Positions 59,785-64,000 of a DNA stretch of 64,000 nt are shown in pieces. The stretch is from Nitrospirota bacterium (GTDB lineage: Bacteria > Nitrospirota > Nitrospiria > Nitrospirales > Nitrospiraceae), in NCBI GenBank assembly GCA_963703955.1, contig CAVPGK010000023.1, positions 85,117-149,116 on the forward strand. The letters are read 5' to 3'. The stretch's first letter is position 1; each line of letters opens with the position of its first letter. Below the pieces are notes generated by a model, which saw only the letters and a list, made by a program, of their open reading frames with translations, was not told the origin of the DNA and searched no databases. The translations under genes and the position numbers were made by a program.

Positions 59785-60304
59785 GCGAACTACTCCTTTT
59801 CTAGGATAACCATGCCGTACCTACACGAAGGCCTTAGGGTACTGCATGTGATGGCAGCAATCAACGCAGGGTGTGAGGAAATACGACAGAAGGTTCCTTA
59901 CACTGAATCACAACCACAAGCTGCTCGTTAGGAGCAACAGGGCCGCACAAAGATGGGATCAGAAACGAATCAATCAATCTTCGATGGTAAGCATCCAAAA
60001 AAGACATGCGAGGTGACACAGGGCATATTGACAGCCCCGCATCCATTCTGATACTCCTCCCCCTTAGCAGAATCTCCCACTACGCTTAACCAATCTCCAC
60101 AAATGAAATCCGGCGGCCTGGTCCCTTCTGATGGTCGCTAATCAGCAGAAAGGAGATTTCGGAGCCATTCCGTTCGGCGCTTCGGGAATGGGGACCATCC
60201 CAGAATCAAAGCGCCAATCTTCGATTCGCGTCTGATTTATGCGGTTAGAGTCGATTATCCGTTTGGGACTTTAGTCCTCACGTCAAATGGAAAGGAGCCG
60301 CGCC

Positions 60305-60685
60305 ATGGGCCTGTTCAGCAAAATCCTCGAGAAGCTCGGTTTTGGTAGTTCCGCCGCACAAGCCGCCCCCGCTCCGAAGACCGCACCTGCGTCCCCGACC
60401 CCCGCACCTCCGGCCGCGATGACCGTGGTCGATGTCGTGGCCAAGCTTGAAGGTCTCGCCAAGGGGCACCCTGAAAAGCTCAATTGGAAGGTTTCAATTG
60501 TGGACCTGATGAAGCTGCTGGGTCTCGAGAGCAGCCTTGCAGCGCGCAAGGAGCTTGCGACCGAACTCGGGTGCCCCGCTCAAAAGATGGGCGATTCGGC
60601 GCAGATGAACATGTGGTTGCACAAGACGGTCCTGCGGAAGCTCGCCGAGAACGGCGGGAACATTCCGAAGGAACTCCTGGACTAA
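60305..60685 (+). CDS. DUF3597-family protein
   Basis: LNWKVSIVDLMKLLGL.SSL.ARKELA.ELG…DSAQMN.WLHK.V. Confidence 0.88.
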   Translation: MGLFSKILEKLGFGSSAAQAAPAPKTAPASPTPAPPAAMTVVDVVAKLEGLAKGHPEKLNWKVSIVDLMKLLGLESSLAARKELATELGCPAQKMGDSAQMNMWLHKTVLRKLAENGGNIPKELLD

Positions 60686-60848
60686 GTCGGGTCCGGAAAC
60701 AACGCGGACGAGATCAGCGACCGCGCCAAAGTGATTGCAACGGCTCTGCAGTGCCATCTGCTTGGTCTCCCCGGAAGGGAAGTCGGAAAAGTCCCGGAAG
60801 CCTGGAGCTTTCGTTCGCTGCATCTGAAACCAGGTTGTCTGCCTCTAA

Positions 60849-62433
60849 ATGAATCTCCCCTCAAGTATTGATGTGCTTGTCGTCGGTGCCGGCCCGACCG
60901 GGTTGATGCTCGGGAATCAACTCGCGCGTCGCGGCGTTCGCGCGCTGGTTGTCGACCGGAACCCCGGCCCGTCGATTCAGACGAAGGCCCTGGGGGTGCA
61001 GGCACGCACCCTCGAGATCTATTCTCACCTCGGGATTGTCGAGCGCGCCCTCGAGCTGGGCACGCGCGCGACCGGCGCGAACATGTGGGTGGAAGGACGA
61101 CGCGCCGCACGCGTACCTCTCGGTGACATCGGGCGTGATCTGAGTCCGTATCCGTTTCTTTTGATCCTGGGCCAGGACGACAACGAGCGGCTGCTCGGAG
61201 AGATCTGCGCGAGCGGGGCATGGACGTGCGGTGGAACACGGATCTCGTCGGCCTTGACACACGCCCAACACGTCTCGGCGACACTCAAGCAGGCGGACGG
61301 CTCGACGCCGGAGGTCCGGGCGCGACTGGGTCGCGGGTTGCGACGGCGCACACAGCGCGGTGCGCAACCTGAGCAAGATCCCGTTCCCTGGCGCGCCTTA
61401 CGAACACGTGTTTTTCGTCGCCGACACGCCGTGACCGGGCCGATGGTGCCGGGCGAGCTCAACGTCTATCTTTGGCGGACGGCTTTCACCTGTTTTTCCC
61501 GATGCGTGGGTCTGACCACTGGCGGGTGGTCGGGATCGTGCCGCCGGATCTCCGCGCGCGAGACGATCTCGACTTCGACGCGTCCTTCCCTCCGTCCGCA
61601 ACGAGGTGGGATCTCCGCTCCGTTTCCAGGAGTGCACCTGGTTCTCCACCTACCGTATCCACCACCGGCGTGCCGAGCGGTTCCGCGATCGCCGGTGCTT
61701 TCTGCTCGGGGACGCCGCCCATATTCACAGCCCGGTCGGCGCTCAGGGCATGAACACAGGGCTGCAGGACGCCTACAACCTGGCCTGGAAGCTCGCACTC
61801 GTCATATCGCGGCGCGCCGGCGAGAGCCTGCTTGACTCCTACGAGATCGAGCGCCTTCCGGTCGCTGACCGACTGCTCAGAACGACCGATCAGGCCTTCT
61901 CGGTCGTGGTCTCCGACCGATGGCTGGCTGGGCTATTCCGCACGCAGGTGCTTACCAAGATCCTCGCTTTTGCGATGAGTCTCGACCGAGCGCGCAAGCT
62001 CGCGTTTCGCACCATCTCTCAGATCGGTATCCGCTACCCAAGAAGCCCTCTATCGCAGACGCTGGCGGGCTTGCCTGACGGCGCGCCGCGCGCGGGCGAT
62101 CGCTTTCCGTGGCTGCGGCTTAAGCTCTCGCCGAACGGCCCCACCGAGGACCTGTTCGCGAGACTCGACGATACGCGCTTCAATCTCATTGTGATCGGAC
62201 AACCTTCGCTTCCCACCGATCCATCCGAGCTCACCAGCCTCGTGCTCACTCACCGGGTTCCCGACGACCCGATCAATGACCGGGAGCTGGTCCGTGCGCG
62301 GGTTCCGAATCCCTCCTTTTATCTGCTGCGCCCTGACGGCCACGTCGGGCTTGCCGGGACTCGACTGGAAGCGGCTGCGTTGACCCGTTACCTGACCGAA
62401 CGTCTAGCGCTTCGGCTAACGGGCACTCATTAG
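60849..62433 (+). pseudogene. FAD-dependent monooxygenase (PheA/TfdB-like) with several frameshifts (assembly errors or decay)
   Basis: GAGPTG, GCDGAHSAVR (another frame) and LLGDAAHIHSPVGAQGMNTGLQDAYNLAWKL are spread over different frames. Confidence 0.8.
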
Positions 62434-62447
62434 GGTCACGCCCAGTC

Positions 62448-63825
62448 CTATTCCAAGTCCTTCATCAGCCGCTGAAACTCCTTGTCGTTGATGATCAGCG
62501 GGACGCGGCGCCAAGCAGGCGGTCGATCTGGTTGTCAGCAAGATACATCGCGGTTGGAATCTTCATCAGGGAGATGCGTTCGTCCGGATCAGTGAGTTCG
62601 CCGAGGCTGGCGTTAATGAAATAGATGTCGGCCCCTGGGACGAAGGGGCTGTCGGGATTCCGTGGCCTGGTGCGAAGGTCTTTCTGCCACTGGTTCACCG
62701 CGAGGCGCATCAGCATCACGGTATCAAACGAGTAGCGATTGATCGGTACGTCGATCATGGCTTTCATCGCCTTCGACATGACCGGGATCTGGTCGCTCCG
62801 ATGTTCGAGCGCATCAGGGCTCGTCTCGGCATTGACTGCCAGGATCACCAATTTCCGGACGTCTTGATCCCCGACAGCTTCAACAATTGCTCGAACCCGA
62901 AGACGCCCGTTCCTTCGATGATGCCACGGAGCGCCATATTGTCTGAAAGGGCGCCATCGAGCAGATGGACATACGGGCGTTTTTCTGCATCCAGGTACGA
63001 CAGCGCCTCGCTGGCGACCTGGGCCGCAAGTCCACCCTCCCTTTTCGCGTGCTCTAATAAAGCCGGGGTCTCGAAGCCACACTGCCCCGCATAATTCTTT
63101 AAGGTGACAGGACTCAGAATGACCGGCAGCGCAGCGGACGACGCGGACGCCCAGGCGATCGGCAACTGGCTGAGGTCTGAGCACGGAGATCGAAGACTCC
63201 CTGCGTAAATTCAAAGCGGGACAGTGTGGTCATGTCGGTCGCGTGGATGGCGAGCAAAGGTCGCTGCCGTCGCACCGCGAGGTCGCCATAGGTTTTCCGA
63301 TCAAACAGTGCTTCATCCAACAGCTCGGCCATGATATGGGCGCGGCCAAAGTCGAGGGACCAGAGTCGAATCCAATTACTGGGCGACCGCAACACCCGTG
63401 CACTGAGTTCAGTCTCCCAATCCTTCCGCAAGAAGCGATATTCAAAGTCATGGAAGATGCGGTCGCCATACAACGCGTAGTACGCGCCAGTGAAGGCCCC
63501 TCCGGATAAGGCGAAGATGACGTCGAGTTCATCGAGGAGACGCTTTCTCTTGCCTTGCCAAATGATCTCCTGGCGCGCCAATTGCCGCAATGCGCCGAAG
63601 GCCAGCGTCGAGGCACGAGTCCCGCCGCCGGAGAAGGCAGTCACGAGAAGAAGGCTGTCCGTGTTGTCCGGCTTCGGGTGGGGCCACATTATTGAACCGA
63701 TAGCCGCCAAAGGGTTCCCATTGTTTCAATGGCGCGTTGAGGGTGGGCCGGACGTATTCGCAGCCGACGAGGGTGCTCAGCAAGAAGAGTTGAAGGACAC
63801 AGAACGAAGAGACGCCTCGACTCAT
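62448..63825 (-). pseudogene. Patatin-like phospholipase lipoprotein with several frameshifts
   Basis: Lipobox LVGC, FSGGGTRA, ALSGG nucleophile elbow, ASAALP, LLDGAL.DN, spread over at least four ORF fragments. Confidence 0.82.
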
Positions 63826-64000
63826 TTGGCGGGATAATACACTACTACCCAACCAATCAGCACGTTCGGCGAGCGTCAAATGCTACGCTGAGAGGGATAA
63901 TCGGTCAAGCCTTGCGAAGAGTGTGCTAGAGAGGTTGGGCTCATGAGTCGAATTCCTGGCACAGGGTTCATGCGTGCATGAGAACGCATTGACATCCTAC

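Overview
A GC-rich bacterial chromosome segment, very probably from a Nitrospira-like (Nitrospirota) genome, judged from a chlorite dismutase closely resembling the N. defluvii enzyme and the overall gene content. It holds about 60 CDS and two tRNA-Leu genes. Housekeeping genes include tig-clpP-clpX, queE-pepA-nagZ, dapL-folK-panC, a transaldolase, a family-5 UDG and rmuC. Accessory regions are a sensor kinase/sigma-54 activator pair followed by an apparent sigma-54 stress regulon (GT4, MFS-BON-MFS, CsbD), an ArnC/ArnT-like pair, an AT-richer block beside tRNA-Leu(GAG), and a DUF3597/FAD-monooxygenase/patatin block. About ten genes carry single-base frameshifts, several in short homopolymers, which most likely reflects uncorrected long-read assembly errors. 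I found no CRISPR array, integrase, transposase or prophage gene. The most interesting signals are: (1) a modular family of intergenic palindromic/MITE-like elements, all sitting just behind stop codons between co-oriented genes; (2) two sigma-54 promoters sharing an identically placed 11-mer; (3) three tandem atypical receiver-domain regulators; (4) a tandem desulforedoxin-like protein; (5) a TatA with a duplicated amphipathic helix; (6) a His-lined beta-propeller lipoprotein; (7) two degenerate PilZ paralogues behind clpX. All calls come from reading motifs by eye; no database searches were run.
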